A stretch of DNA of 64,000 nucleotides from Promethearchaeota archaeon (GCA_048938005.1 JBHLMQ010000006.1:64001-128000), one strand, 5' to 3'; positions 8,116 through 18,989 are shown, counted from the stretch's first letter. Made by a program: numbers and translations. Notes: generated from the sequence alone by a model not told the origin.

Positions 8116-11022
8116 TTGCCAAGTCCAAAAAAGAAAAAATCAGATGATAAGGCTCAGAAATCACTCTTTTCTTTCGTTAGTGAAAAAGAAGAGGGAAAAG
8201 AAAAGCTGAAAGAAATGATTAAGGAAAGAAAAACAGAAGAAATAGAAGAAGAGAAGAAAATTAAGGAAAAGGCACATAGAGTAGTGGAAATTACAAAAGA
8301 GGTTCCTGCTCCCTTGTCTTTTAGAGGAGATGATAAACCATTTGGCTTAAAAGAGGGGAATATCAAGTTAGCCAAGGTACTGCGCGAAAATGTTTCTTCA
8401 AAATATATTCGTTACCTAATTGAAAAAGATGAAATTGTTGAAAATATAGAGAGAGGGTTTTTACTTGATGTAGATTATGACGGTGGACAAAATAAAGCAT
8501 ACTGTAAATTTTATGATTTAGATTCTGATGATATAAAGATTTGGATCGATACCACTGATCATGAGCCTTATTGTTTAAGTAAAGAACCTATTTCAGAATT
8601 AGAAAAACTATATTATACTGAAAAAACGGGACAGAAAACAAAACTGACTGATTATCAAGGATTTAATCGGTTTGAAGAAATAAAGCGGTTTGATTTGTTA
8701 GATGATCAAGAGATTGACATGATTAAGATTTATGGTAAAACACCAACGAATATTGGAGGCTCTGGAATAAATATACGTAATATTTTAGGAAACAATGAAA
8801 AAAAAGCTTGGGAAGCTGATATTCGGTATCACCTTAATTATATATTTGATAGGCAATTAATTCCAGGTTTAATTTATAAAATTGAAAACGGTAAGCTTGA
8901 AAAATTATCTTTTGAGAAAATTGATGAAAATTCGAAAAAAATGGCTAATGAGCTTCGAGAATTATTTAAAAATGAAACTCCAGAAATTCAAGAATTTTCT
9001 GAGGAATTTTTAGATATTTTTATAACTCCAATCCCAGAAGTTAAACGTTTAGCTATGGACATTGAAGTTATGGTCGGCGAAAGAGATTATAAAATCCCTG
9101 ATCCCCATTTAGCTAAGCAAGAAGTTATTAGCGTTTCATTTGTAGCGACAGATGGATTAAAATTAGTTTATATGCTTGAACGAGAAGGATATACATTCGA
9201 AAAAATGCATAAGAAATTCCCTTCTGACGCTAAAATTATGTTCTTCAAATCAGAGAAAGAGTTATTAATAGAAACTTTTCGCCTTATATGGGAGTATCCT
9301 ATAGTTATTACTTTTAATGGAGATAATTTTGACTTAAATTATTTATACCATAGAGCTGAAAAATTAAAAATCGAAAAGGATCTAAATCCTATTCATGTAA
9401 AAAGAGGTTTTGGGATTCTATCTAAAGCTGAATGTGATTTAAGAAAAGGAATACATATTGACTTATTTAATCTATTTTTCAATAGAAGTATTTCTGGTTA
9501 CGCATTTAGTGGCGCTTATGAGAGTGCCTCTCTTAATGCTATTAGTGCTGCCTTATTAGGAGAAGAAAAATTTAAGCATGATGAGATAATTCATGAAATG
9601 GAATATGATATTCTTTCTTGGTATAATCTTAAAGATTCTATATTAACCTTAGAATTAACAAAATTTAACAATTCACTAGTATGGAATCTAATCATTTTAT
9701 TATGCCGAATAACCAAGATGCCTATTCATGATATGGTTCGGAGGCAAATTTCAACATGGATTCAAAATATCTTTTATTTTGAACATAGGAGAAAAAAAGC
9801 TCTAATTCCTCGTCGATCAGAAATAAAGGAGTCAAAACCAGGAGGAATCCTGTCCTCTAAATTTGATGACGAAAAATTTTTAGGAGCTTACGTAGTAGAT
9901 CCGGTCCCAGGGATTCACTACGATGTAGTTGTTATGGATTTTGCAAGCCTATATCCTTCTATTATAAAAGAATATAATTTATCATACGAAACAGTCTTAT
10001 GCCCTCATAAAGATGATGAAGATAACCTTGTAAAAGGTACTCCTTATCACATATGTACTCATAAAATGGGAATCTTTGCATATGTTGTAGGTTTTTTTAG
10101 AGATATAAGAGTAAAATACTTTAAACCGAAATCAGGAGATAAAAATTTAACCGAAAAGCAAAGAAATTATTATCAAACAATCCAACAAGCTCTCAAAGTA
10201 TTCATCAACGGCTCGTATGGCGTTTTTGGATCCCAGAATTTCCCTTTATTTTGTTTACCTGTAGCAGAAAGCACTACAGGAATAGGACAATATTCTATTA
10301 AACAAACTATCAATAAGGCTGAACAATTGGGAGTAGAAGTATTATATGGTGATACAGATTCCGTTTTTCTGAAAAATCCTACAAAAGATCAAATGAAAGA
10401 AATTTCTGATTGGAGTAAAAAAGAACTTGATCTTGATTTGGAAGAGGAAAAAACATATCAATTCTTAGCCCTCTCTGAGAGAAAAAAGAATTATGTTGGG
10501 ATTTATAAGGATACTAAATATACAGATATAAAAGGTTTAGTAGCTAAAAAGAAAAATACTCCTGAATTTATTAAGACCGTATTTAGCGAAATGATTGAGA
10601 TATTGAAAAATATTACTAACAATGATGAATTTTTGAAAGCTAAGGATAAAATTATAGAAATTGTAAGAGATAACCTAAAGAAAATAGGAAAACCAGATAC
10701 TTTTACTTTAGAAGATTATGCGATCAATATTGCTATACAAAAGAACCTTAGAAGTTACACTAAAGTCGTTCCACAGCATGTGAGAGCAGCACTAGAAATA
10801 CGAGATGTAACAGGAAAAGAATATCAGAAAGGGGAAACAATAAGTTTTATCAAAAGTAAGGGGGCGATCGGAGCAAAAGCAATCGAATTAGCCAAACTCC
10901 AAGATGTTGATACCAAAAAATATAAGGAACTTTTAATATCCGCTTTAGAACAAGTGCTAGATGCACTCGGTATTACATTTGATGAAATTAAGGGTATTAA
11001 AAAGATGGATGCTTTTTTTTAA
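8116..11022 (+). CDS. polB: Family B DNA polymerase, PolB1 type, intact exonuclease and polymerase motifs
   Basis: ExoI MDIEV, ExoII FNGDNFDLNYL, ExoIII YNLKDS; motif A DFASLYPSII, B QQALKVFINGSYG, C YGDTDS; N-terminal FLLDVDYDG..KAYCKFYD typical of PolB1; TTG start. Confidence 0.95.
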   Translation: MPSPKKKKSDDKAQKSLFSFVSEKEEGKEKLKEMIKERKTEEIEEEKKIKEKAHRVVEITKEVPAPLSFRGDDKPFGLKEGNIKLAKVLRENVSSKYIRYLIEKDEIVENIERGFLLDVDYDGGQNKAYCKFYDLDSDDIKIWIDTTDHEPYCLSKEPISELEKLYYTEKTGQKTKLTDYQGFNRFEEIKRFDLLDDQEIDMIKIYGKTPTNIGGSGINIRNILGNNEKKAWEADIRYHLNYIFDRQLIPGLIYKIENGKLEKLSFEKIDENSKKMANELRELFKNETPEIQEFSEEFLDIFITPIPEVKRLAMDIEVMVGERDYKIPDPHLAKQEVISVSFVATDGLKLVYMLEREGYTFEKMHKKFPSDAKIMFFKSEKELLIETFRLIWEYPIVITFNGDNFDLNYLYHRAEKLKIEKDLNPIHVKRGFGILSKAECDLRKGIHIDLFNLFFNRSISGYAFSGAYESASLNAISAALLGEEKFKHDEIIHEMEYDILSWYNLKDSILTLELTKFNNSLVWNLIILLCRITKMPIHDMVRRQISTWIQNIFYFEHRRKKALIPRRSEIKESKPGGILSSKFDDEKFLGAYVVDPVPGIHYDVVVMDFASLYPSIIKEYNLSYETVLCPHKDDEDNLVKGTPYHICTHKMGIFAYVVGFFRDIRVKYFKPKSGDKNLTEKQRNYYQTIQQALKVFINGSYGVFGSQNFPLFCLPVAESTTGIGQYSIKQTINKAEQLGVEVLYGDTDSVFLKNPTKDQMKEISDWSKKELDLDLEEEKTYQFLALSERKKNYVGIYKDTKYTDIKGLVAKKKNTPEFIKTVFSEMIEILKNITNNDEFLKAKDKIIEIVRDNLKKIGKPDTFTLEDYAINIAIQKNLRSYTKVVPQHVRAALEIRDVTGKEYQKGETISFIKSKGAIGAKAIELAKLQDVDTKKYKELLISALEQVLDALGITFDEIKGIKKMDAFF

Positions 11023-11042
11023 TTTTTCTTACATTTAATACT

Positions 11043-12125
11043 TCACAATAGATAATACAAACATCCCATAATTAAGGCACAAAAAATAGGATTTAAGATA
11101 TTATCATCAATTTTTAAATTTAAAAAGTCAATAATAAAAAAAACTATAGCTCCACTGCTAGCAATAATTATAATCTTGCTGAAATTTAATGTAGATTCGA
11201 ATATTAATAACATTAATATACTTATTCCGAAAGACGCCAAAAAACCAGCAATATATCCAACCACTGTCTTATCTGAAGATTTAGGGAAATAAATTTTTCC
11301 AAATCGAAGCCCAAAAACTGAGGCGGCACCATCACCGATAGTAGCTATTAAGCTAGCAGCAGCAAATACTCCAAACGGAAAGAAAAAAATAGGTGCAAAG
11401 GATAATACTAATATTGTAGGTTTAATAAATTCATAATTTTCCTTACGTTTCATCGATTTTCCTAACAAGTTCAAAACATTATCAGGTATTAAATGAAAAA
11501 AATTTCGACTCTCAAAAATATATGAGAGTCTTATATAATCTAAAGCACCAAATATTAAAATTCCCGAATATCCTGCAGTTAAAATTAAAAATTTTCCAAA
11601 TTCCTCACCAGTAATACCCCAAATGTTGTCGGCATTCCCTATCCCATCCCAAATATATACTGAAAAAATCCAGAGAAGAATTATTATTCCTGCTGGAAAT
11701 AAATGTAAGGCTTTCCGATGCAAATCAGTTTTTAAAATTTGCTTTCTTTCACTTGTTATACCATTATTTTTTTCATCAAATCTTTTAAGAAAGGCTTCAA
11801 TGTTTCTTTTTTCTTTGATATCTGGTTTCCTTTTTACAACAAATTGAAATTGATAATATAATATTAGAAATATCAACCCAGGTGTAAAGATACATATGAA
11901 AAATGTAGATAAGACTTGAAACAATCCAAAGTCCGTATTTTCGGTCCAAAAAAAAATAGGATATATCAACCCAGCTAATATCCATAGAACAAAAGTCAAA
12001 ATACTATTCAAAAAATTATGCTGTTCTGGATATTTTTTTCTTAATTCGATAGCATAATAAAATAAACCACCACCACAAATGACAAAGAGAATCGTTACAG
12101 GTAGAGTGATTATATTGTATACCAT
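11043..12125 (-). CDS. Membrane CTP-dependent isoprenoid-alcohol/diacylglycerol kinase family protein (phytol/dolichol kinase-like)
   Basis: LHRKALHL, GDGAASVFGLRFG, SDKTVVG and IDDN motifs; multiple TM helices. Confidence 0.75.
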   Translation of the reverse strand: MVYNIITLPVTILFVICGGGLFYYAIELRKKYPEQHNFLNSILTFVLWILAGLIYPIFFWTENTDFGLFQVLSTFFICIFTPGLIFLILYYQFQFVVKRKPDIKEKRNIEAFLKRFDEKNNGITSERKQILKTDLHRKALHLFPAGIIILLWIFSVYIWDGIGNADNIWGITGEEFGKFLILTAGYSGILIFGALDYIRLSYIFESRNFFHLIPDNVLNLLGKSMKRKENYEFIKPTILVLSFAPIFFFPFGVFAAASLIATIGDGAASVFGLRFGKIYFPKSSDKTVVGYIAGFLASFGISILMLLIFESTLNFSKIIIIASSGAIVFFIIDFLNLKIDDNILNPIFCALIMGCLYYLL

Positions 12126-12288
12126 GATAAAATTAATTAAATCACTATCTCAAAAATATGTTTTGTAAAAATAATTGATTTAAGTTGAGTAAAGAAAATA
12201 ACTGTTTATGATATTTAGACTTTTTAATTTTAAATTGATTATTGAAAAATTAATATTAAAAATGGTTAAAAAGAGAATAAAAAAAAAA

Positions 12289-12576
12289 TTATAATCCCAT
12301 AAGAAGGATATCATCTATGGTCTTGCGAAGTTTCTTTAAATTTTCATCCCCAATGGCTTTATCAACTTGGACTTTTAAATCTAAAGCAGTACTAATAGCT
12401 TTAAAGATTGAATTTTGTATAAGGCTATTAAAGCTACTTTTTTCTCCCTTCACTTCTTTAAATTCTTCTACTCGTCTAAGCATTGCGTCTTCATAATCTT
12501 TCGCTGTTGACGTCCTTAGCTCCGCTAATTTTCGGATTTTTATGCCATCTTTATCTTCAAAGGTTTCTTCAGGCAT
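12289..12576 (-). CDS. Hypothetical 95-aa helical protein abutting tes
   Basis: Its ATG directly follows the tes stop (TAA ATG), with a GGTGA SD inside the tes 3' end. Confidence 0.7.
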   Translation of the reverse strand: MPEETFEDKDGIKIRKLAELRTSTAKDYEDAMLRRVEEFKEVKGEKSSFNSLIQNSIFKAISTALDLKVQVDKAIGDENLKKLRKTIDDILLMGL

Positions 12577-14313
12577 TTATTTATCACCTTCCTTTTCAAT
12601 TCCACCATTACGGGCTACTTCTTGCTGAACCTCTTCAACAGCCTGACCTGTAGAGGTATCAAATTCATCCCTTACTTTTGCTGTAAGTTGCTTGGCAATT
12701 TGTTTCTCAATAATAGGTCTATGAATAGTGTTCATTGTACAGAATGAAATCTCTTTAACTGTCTTATCAGGCATTGCTATCCCAAAATGCACAATACACC
12801 TTTTAGTTCTTTCAATATCCATATTATAGGCATCCTGAAAATGCATGCTCGAAAGTAGCAATGCGCCATAGCTAAATGAACTCACACTCTCCCAATCTCC
12901 ACGCATTACTAGCCTTGAAAACATCTCCATGAGCTTTCCTGGTTTTTTCATATATTGTAATACTCCAAGTAAAAATCTCGCTCGAAGCTGCGTTTTGTCT
13001 AAAAAATTAAGTCCTTTATCAAGTGTCTTACCAAAATCACCAAATATATCTTCAAAAATTTTAATTGGTTTCTTCTCTTTATGCTTTATTTTAGCCCAAA
13101 AACGGTTTGCGAAATCTATAACTTTTAATGGGTCAAAATATTCCATTATAGGCATCATTTCCCCACTATCAGGGTCTGTGACTAAATATGAAGCAAAACC
13201 GCAATCAGGATGACATGTAAACTCTATAGGGTCGACATCTGCTAAATAAGCTATAACTCTACCGAATTCCACAATGGTACTTAGCGGATACCATGCATTT
13301 TCCATACTAATCTTTCCTCCGGTTTGTTTCTCGATCTCTTTGAGAATATCTGCATTTGTTATTCGAAGATCTTCTCTCTCTTCAAATGCAATTCGTCCAC
13401 AAAGCGATACGGGTTGAAATGTTATCCCCCGTACAACATCCACATTATCAATAGCATATTGAATAATATTACCAACTTCGATGTCTGTAACTCCTTTAGC
13501 AATTGTAGCAACCAACACTATGGAATCTAAACCCGCTTTACGGCAATTTTCTATAACTCTTTGTTTGTATGCCATAAGGTTCTTAATTCCGCGAGTTTTT
13601 TCGTATGTAGCATCATTTATGCCATCGAATTGGAAGTATAATGTATCTAAACCCGCTTGTTTTACCTTTTTAGTCCATTCTAGGCCACCATTTTTCTTTT
13701 GGAAGCCATAACCATTTGTAGCTACGATAACCTCTTTAAATCCGTTATCTTTTGCCATTTTGCAAATTTCAGGAAAGTCCTTTCTAACAGTAGGTTCTCC
13801 ACCGGTAAACATTATAGCAATTGCTGGAATTGGTTTACTTCTAAAATGTTTCATAATTCTATCGATTTCTTCCAATGTAGGTTCAACTAAATAGCCAGAT
13901 TTTTGTACATTCGCATAACAAAAGTTACAATTAAAATTACAGCGATTTGTTAAATCTATTAAAGCTAATGAGCAAGTTGAAATGTGTTGTTCACATAAGC
14001 CACAATTATATGGACAGCCCCTTGGATCTTCACCAATAAAATCAGGAGGATTAGTTTCACCATCTTTATCAAATTTCCAAACAATGTTTCCATCTTTATC
14101 TCTTATAGCCCAATGTGTCCATTTATAATATTTAGCACTCGAACTAAGTTTATCTTTGAAAAATCCATGTTCTTCACATGATTTTTTCATCCAAATTTGA
14201 TCATCTTCTTCATAAACTTCAGCATCAATAGGTTCTAAACATTCTGGACAAACACTTCGCGTTTTTCGATAATATGGTACACTTAAATACTCATCATCGT
14301 CTAAATGGTACAT
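12577..14313 (-). CDS. tes: Radical SAM tetraether lipid synthase (Tes / GDGT-MAS, MJ0619 family)
   Basis: N-terminal SVCPEC..KKSCEEHG metal site, CPYNCGLCEQH auxiliary cluster, RCNFNCNFCYA radical-SAM motif, CHPDCG, MHFQDAYNMDIERTKRC, SFCTMN. Confidence 0.88.
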   Translation of the reverse strand: MYHLDDDEYLSVPYYRKTRSVCPECLEPIDAEVYEEDDQIWMKKSCEEHGFFKDKLSSSAKYYKWTHWAIRDKDGNIVWKFDKDGETNPPDFIGEDPRGCPYNCGLCEQHISTCSLALIDLTNRCNFNCNFCYANVQKSGYLVEPTLEEIDRIMKHFRSKPIPAIAIMFTGGEPTVRKDFPEICKMAKDNGFKEVIVATNGYGFQKKNGGLEWTKKVKQAGLDTLYFQFDGINDATYEKTRGIKNLMAYKQRVIENCRKAGLDSIVLVATIAKGVTDIEVGNIIQYAIDNVDVVRGITFQPVSLCGRIAFEEREDLRITNADILKEIEKQTGGKISMENAWYPLSTIVEFGRVIAYLADVDPIEFTCHPDCGFASYLVTDPDSGEMMPIMEYFDPLKVIDFANRFWAKIKHKEKKPIKIFEDIFGDFGKTLDKGLNFLDKTQLRARFLLGVLQYMKKPGKLMEMFSRLVMRGDWESVSSFSYGALLLSSMHFQDAYNMDIERTKRCIVHFGIAMPDKTVKEISFCTMNTIHRPIIEKQIAKQLTAKVRDEFDTSTGQAVEEVQQEVARNGGIEKEGDK

Positions 14314-14579
14314 TTTCTGTATACTCCAAATTAAAAAATTTTAATAAAATAGTTATTTATCCAAAAATGCATTTGATTATTTTTAAATTTTTTACGATGA
14401 ATACGATTCTTAAGAATAATATTATTAAAGTTCGTAAAACTTAAAAATTAATCGATTTGAGTCTCTCATACCCTTTATTGGAGAATATTATTTTTGAAAA
14501 TTAAATTCAAGTAAATGTTAATAATTAGAAAAACCAAGTAAATACTTAAGAAAATATTACTAAAATTTATTAGAAAAAA

Positions 14580-15959
14580 ATGAAGACTATGAGCTCTGGT
14601 TTTATAAATAACCAAAATATGATTTTAGCTACGGATTTTTATCAATTAACGATGGGAGCGGCCTATTATCAATATAATCTGGAAAATAATATTGATGAAA
14701 AAGATGATATTGCTACTTTTGAATTATTTATTCGACAATTTCCTAGAAATCGTAATTATTTAATTTTTGCAGGTTTAGAACAAGCAGTTCACTTCCTATT
14801 AAATGCTAGATTTACAGAGCGTACTATTGAATTTTTAAGAGAGAAAGCAGTTTTTAAAAATATTGATGCAAATTTTTTCAATGAGTACTTACCTAATTTT
14901 AAATTCAATTTGAATGTCTGGGCAATGAAGGAAGGAAACTTTTTCTTCCCAAATGAACCAATTATAAGAGTAGAGGGTCCTATGTTTCATGCTCAAATTG
15001 TTGAAACATATTTGCTTAATGTAATTAATTATCAAACTCTTGTTGCTTCTAAAGCATCAAGAATTAAAAATATAGCTCCAGATAAAGTTCTTCTTGAATT
15101 TGGCACAAGACGATCACATAGTCCACTTGCTGGTGTATATGCTGCCCGAGCAAGCTATATTGCAGGATTTAACGCTACCAGCAATGTAGTTGCAGATCTG
15201 GAATTATCAATTAATTCTACTGGCACTATGGCTCACAGTTTTGTTCAAAAATTCGAGAGCGAATTAGACAGTTTTGACTCATATTATAAAATTTATGATA
15301 AAGACTCTATCCTATTAATAGACACATACCATACTGAGAAAGCAGCTGAAAAATCTTGTAAGTTTGGAAATAATATAAAAGGAGTTCGAATAGATTCTGG
15401 CGATCTAATTGATCATGCCAAAAAAGTTCGAAAAATTTTGGATGATAATGGATGTGAAAAAGTGTTAATTGTAGCAAGTTCAGATTTGAATGAATATAAG
15501 ATAAAAGAGATTATTGATAGAAATGCTCCCATAGATGCTTTTGGTATTGGAACTGAATTAGCAACCTCTAGTGACGATCCCACGATTTCTGGAGTATATA
15601 AATTAATAGAATATAATAATATACCTAAAATAAAGATAAGTGAAGAAAAATTAACCTATCCTGGAGTAAAACAGGTTTATAGGATATACGACAAAGATGG
15701 GATGTTTAAAGAAGATTTATTAGCTTTGGAAAACGAAACTGCACCTCCCAATTCAGAAGCGTTATTAATTCCTGTAATAAAGAATGGTGAATTAATTAAC
15801 CCTTACCCTAAATTAGATAATATCCAGAATTATTATTTAGAGAATATAAAGAAACTACCTGATACTTATAAGAAATTGAAGGAAGCCAAAATATTCAAAT
15901 TGAAAGTTTCTAAAAAATTAGAGCAACTTACAAATTCATTAGCACAAAAATATCCTTAA
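14580..15959 (+). CDS. pncB: Nicotinate phosphoribosyltransferase
   Basis: LATDFYQLTM, EFGTRR, GTMAHS, LLIDTY, GVRIDSGD, FGIGT, GVYKL. Confidence 0.95.
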   Translation: MKTMSSGFINNQNMILATDFYQLTMGAAYYQYNLENNIDEKDDIATFELFIRQFPRNRNYLIFAGLEQAVHFLLNARFTERTIEFLREKAVFKNIDANFFNEYLPNFKFNLNVWAMKEGNFFFPNEPIIRVEGPMFHAQIVETYLLNVINYQTLVASKASRIKNIAPDKVLLEFGTRRSHSPLAGVYAARASYIAGFNATSNVVADLELSINSTGTMAHSFVQKFESELDSFDSYYKIYDKDSILLIDTYHTEKAAEKSCKFGNNIKGVRIDSGDLIDHAKKVRKILDDNGCEKVLIVASSDLNEYKIKEIIDRNAPIDAFGIGTELATSSDDPTISGVYKLIEYNNIPKIKISEEKLTYPGVKQVYRIYDKDGMFKEDLLALENETAPPNSEALLIPVIKNGELINPYPKLDNIQNYYLENIKKLPDTYKKLKEAKIFKLKVSKKLEQLTNSLAQKYP

Positions 15960-15991
15960 AAAGATACTTCAATAATATAAAATCATACTTT

Positions 15992-16831
15992 TTAATGATT
16001 TAACCTCGTAAGGTTAGCACATATATCCCAAAGTTTTTTTGCAACAGAAGTATCATAGGTAATTTCTTTAGATTTTGCCTCATTCTTATCTATAAAAAAC
16101 TTTCCGCTTACACCTTCTACTTCAGGAGAAGAAGCAAGATAAATTGAAGTCTTAGCTCCTTCTTCTGGGCTCTTAGCAAGACTAAAGATAATTTTTGTAA
16201 AAAATTTAATGATTCCTTTATAATAGCGAGTAATATTGGTCTTTATGAATCCTGGATGAAGACAATTTACTGTAATTCCAGTACCTTTTAACCGCCTAGC
16301 AAATTCATATGTGATAAGAATAAGAGCAGTTTTGGATCGAGAATACGCCTTCCATGATCTAAAGTATTTTTTAGATTGAAGTTTTTCAAAATTAATAGAT
16401 TTGCTTTGCACATTCGATGCAACATTAATTACTCTAGCAGGGCTACTGTTTTTTAGAGTTGGAATTAACAAATTTGTTAGTAAAAAAGGGGCTAAAGTGT
16501 TAATAGCAAATGCTTTTTCAATACCATCCACTGTTTCATATCTTTTACTGGGATTGACTCCTGCATTATTTATTAGGACATTTAATTTATCATATTTTTT
16601 TTTGAAATCTGAAACAAAGTCTCGAATAGATTGCTGTGAAGAAAGATCTGCTAGCATTAATTCAATTAACTCATTTCCACTTTCATTTATTATTTCAAAC
16701 TGTGCTTCTTCGCCTCGAGATTTATCGCGACAAAGCATTATAATATGTGCTCCTAATTGAGCCAGTCCTAATGCTGTTGCTTTACCTATTCCTGAATTAG
16801 CTCCTGTTACAATACAGATTTTATCTTTCAT
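15992..16831 (-). CDS. Short-chain dehydrogenase/reductase, retinol dehydrogenase/WWOX-like
   Basis: TGANSGIG, NNAG, YSRSK, LHPGFIKT, SPEEGA. Confidence 0.9.
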   Translation of the reverse strand: MKDKICIVTGANSGIGKATALGLAQLGAHIIMLCRDKSRGEEAQFEIINESGNELIELMLADLSSQQSIRDFVSDFKKKYDKLNVLINNAGVNPSKRYETVDGIEKAFAINTLAPFLLTNLLIPTLKNSSPARVINVASNVQSKSINFEKLQSKKYFRSWKAYSRSKTALILITYEFARRLKGTGITVNCLHPGFIKTNITRYYKGIIKFFTKIIFSLAKSPEEGAKTSIYLASSPEVEGVSGKFFIDKNEAKSKEITYDTSVAKKLWDICANLTRLNH

Positions 16832-16960
16832 GTAATTAGATATTTAGTTACTAAAAACTGTAGTTATTAAATCCCTAGGTATGAATAAATTAAAATATTT
16901 CTGATTTCAAAATGAAGAGAGAAAAATTAAAGATTTTAAATAGGACTCTTAGTGTATTGA

Positions 16961-17908
16961 TTATTTCCTCGCAGCTTTTCTAACATTCTTTACTATATAA
17001 CCCCAAAAATTATCTTTATCCAATTTACCATTAAAGTTGATTTTATCTCCTTTTTTAAAACTGTTTTCACTCTGTAGTTTTTCACTAATTCTCACTTTTA
17101 AATTTTCAACATTTTCGATATCTTCTTCACGATAATCACTTGCTTTTTTCAATTTAGGACCAAACTTAATATTTTTAAGCGAAGCTATAAAAAATCTTGT
17201 TATATTCCCTTGAAATTCAGATTCTCTTTCAAGGATCTCCGTAATTTCACCTTCATATACAGTTATAGATGAATTAAGAAAATTCATTAATTTGGCGCCC
17301 GACGATGTCTCATCGATAAGAACTGCGGCTTCTTGTATTTTCTCAACTTTTTCCCCAACTTGCGCTCCTGCAAGTTTAATAGTTTTAATTTTTTCTTCAA
17401 AATCATCCGGTATAGCAGTTAAAGTCCAATCTTTAAGTTTAAACCAATTTTGTTTTAATGAAAAAATAAATCCAATCCAAAAATGACTGCAAAATCCCAT
17501 ATTCGCCCCAATCCGACAATCGCAATCACGCTCAGGATTATCTATATTTTTTGGAGTAATGGATAAAAATGATTGTACTTCCCAATTCCACCCTTTAAAT
17601 AATAACTCAATTTCATGATCATCAGGATTTACTATTTTTATTTCGGCGATACTTTCTCTATTTTCACCATTAATTTTCTTTATTGCTAAATCAATTCCAT
17701 TAGATATTATTTCAATTTCTTTTTGTTGTAATAGTTCATTATATTCTTCTTCTGCTAACGAATCAAGAATATAATCAATTAATTCCAATTTCTTAAGCTT
17801 TGAAAATCCTTTAATTTCAAAATCTCGGCATATTTGTTTCAAATTATCCAAATTTAAGTATTGTAAAAGAAAATTCAAGTAAGTTCTATTATCTATAGAT
17901 CTATTCAT
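16961..17908 (-). CDS. Putative nucleic-acid-binding protein: SAP/Rho-N-like helix-extension-helix + SWIM Zn finger + C-terminal OB-like domain
   Basis: LNLDNLKQICRDFEIKGFSKLKKLELIDYI (SAP/Rho-N pattern); CDC-x7-CSH (SWIM); beta-rich C-terminus GEITEI..FKKGDKINFNGKL. Confidence 0.6.
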   Translation of the reverse strand: MNRSIDNRTYLNFLLQYLNLDNLKQICRDFEIKGFSKLKKLELIDYILDSLAEEEYNELLQQKEIEIISNGIDLAIKKINGENRESIAEIKIVNPDDHEIELLFKGWNWEVQSFLSITPKNIDNPERDCDCRIGANMGFCSHFWIGFIFSLKQNWFKLKDWTLTAIPDDFEEKIKTIKLAGAQVGEKVEKIQEAAVLIDETSSGAKLMNFLNSSITVYEGEITEILERESEFQGNITRFFIASLKNIKFGPKLKKASDYREEDIENVENLKVRISEKLQSENSFKKGDKINFNGKLDKDNFWGYIVKNVRKAARK

Positions 17909-18121
17909 TTTATTTCAAGCCCAATAATTATAAAATACTAATTCTCCAAGAATTATTTTGATTTATTGCTTATAATTATAACTGCTGTAAAAATTCTTTC
18001 ATCATATTATTATTAGAAAATCTAATTGTAGTAAAGCGTGAAAATGATAGGAATCTCCCAAAAAAGTGTAATTTAAGCGGGATCAATTTTTTAAATATAA
18101 AGAAAGTAAAATAAAAATCGT

Positions 18122-18736
18122 TTAATCTGTCATAGTCCCTCTAACAAGAAAATCTGTCAGATTCTTAATAAGTTTTTCCTCTTCAAGTTCAAAATCACTC
18201 CGAATCCACCAATTAAATACTCCCAGTACTGTAGATGTCCAAACTCTAGCTGTTACACTGGGATTTTGGCTACGAGCTCCATATTCTACTAGCTTTAAGA
18301 TAATTTTTTCTACTTCATCTGTAAACTTATCAATAATCTCATTTCTTTTCGCTCTGTATTTATTATTAATCCCACCCATTTGTTCAAGAAAAATGAGGAA
18401 AGTCTCTTTTTTTGCTTTAAATATCTTTGCATATCCTCGAAAGAGGTTCTTAACAGCAGAGATTGGGGGGATTCTATTTTCTTGGAAATAAATGAATAAT
18501 TCTCTAAACTTCCCGATCATAAGCTCAGCTAATCCACTAATTATGACTTCAAATATTTCCTCCTTACTTTTAAAATAATTATAAAAATTTCCTACTGAAG
18601 TTCCAGCCTTTTTTGTAATATCTTTTATCCGAGTGTTATTAAATCCTTTTTCTTCAAAAACAGAGAGTGCTGATATTAAATATAGGTTTCTCTTTTCCTT
18701 CTTAATTATTTCAGACTTTCTTGCTCTTAAAGACAT
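18122..18736 (-). CDS. TetR/AcrR family transcriptional regulator (FadR-like candidate)
   Basis: ALSVFEEKGFNNTRIKDITKKAGTSVGNFYNYFKSKEEIF helix-turn-helix. Confidence 0.92.
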   Translation of the reverse strand: MSLRARKSEIIKKEKRNLYLISALSVFEEKGFNNTRIKDITKKAGTSVGNFYNYFKSKEEIFEVIISGLAELMIGKFRELFIYFQENRIPPISAVKNLFRGYAKIFKAKKETFLIFLEQMGGINNKYRAKRNEIIDKFTDEVEKIILKLVEYGARSQNPSVTARVWTSTVLGVFNWWIRSDFELEEEKLIKNLTDFLVRGTMTD

Positions 18737-18989
18737 TTATAATCATCTCAAAAAATATTATATAATTTATATCAAAGCAAAATTCATTAGAAATGTTATT
18801 ACATGTTAAGAAATTAAGTTAAAATTTATTACTTTTTATTTTTCAAATTTCAATAGGTTTATTAATTTTCTTACAATTTTTTAATAAAATTCGATTAATG
18901 GAAGTAGGAAAATGATGAGAATTATATAAATGTGCTATTTTAATATCTTTTCTAAAATAATTCGTTGTAAAATAAAGATAAGGATCTAA

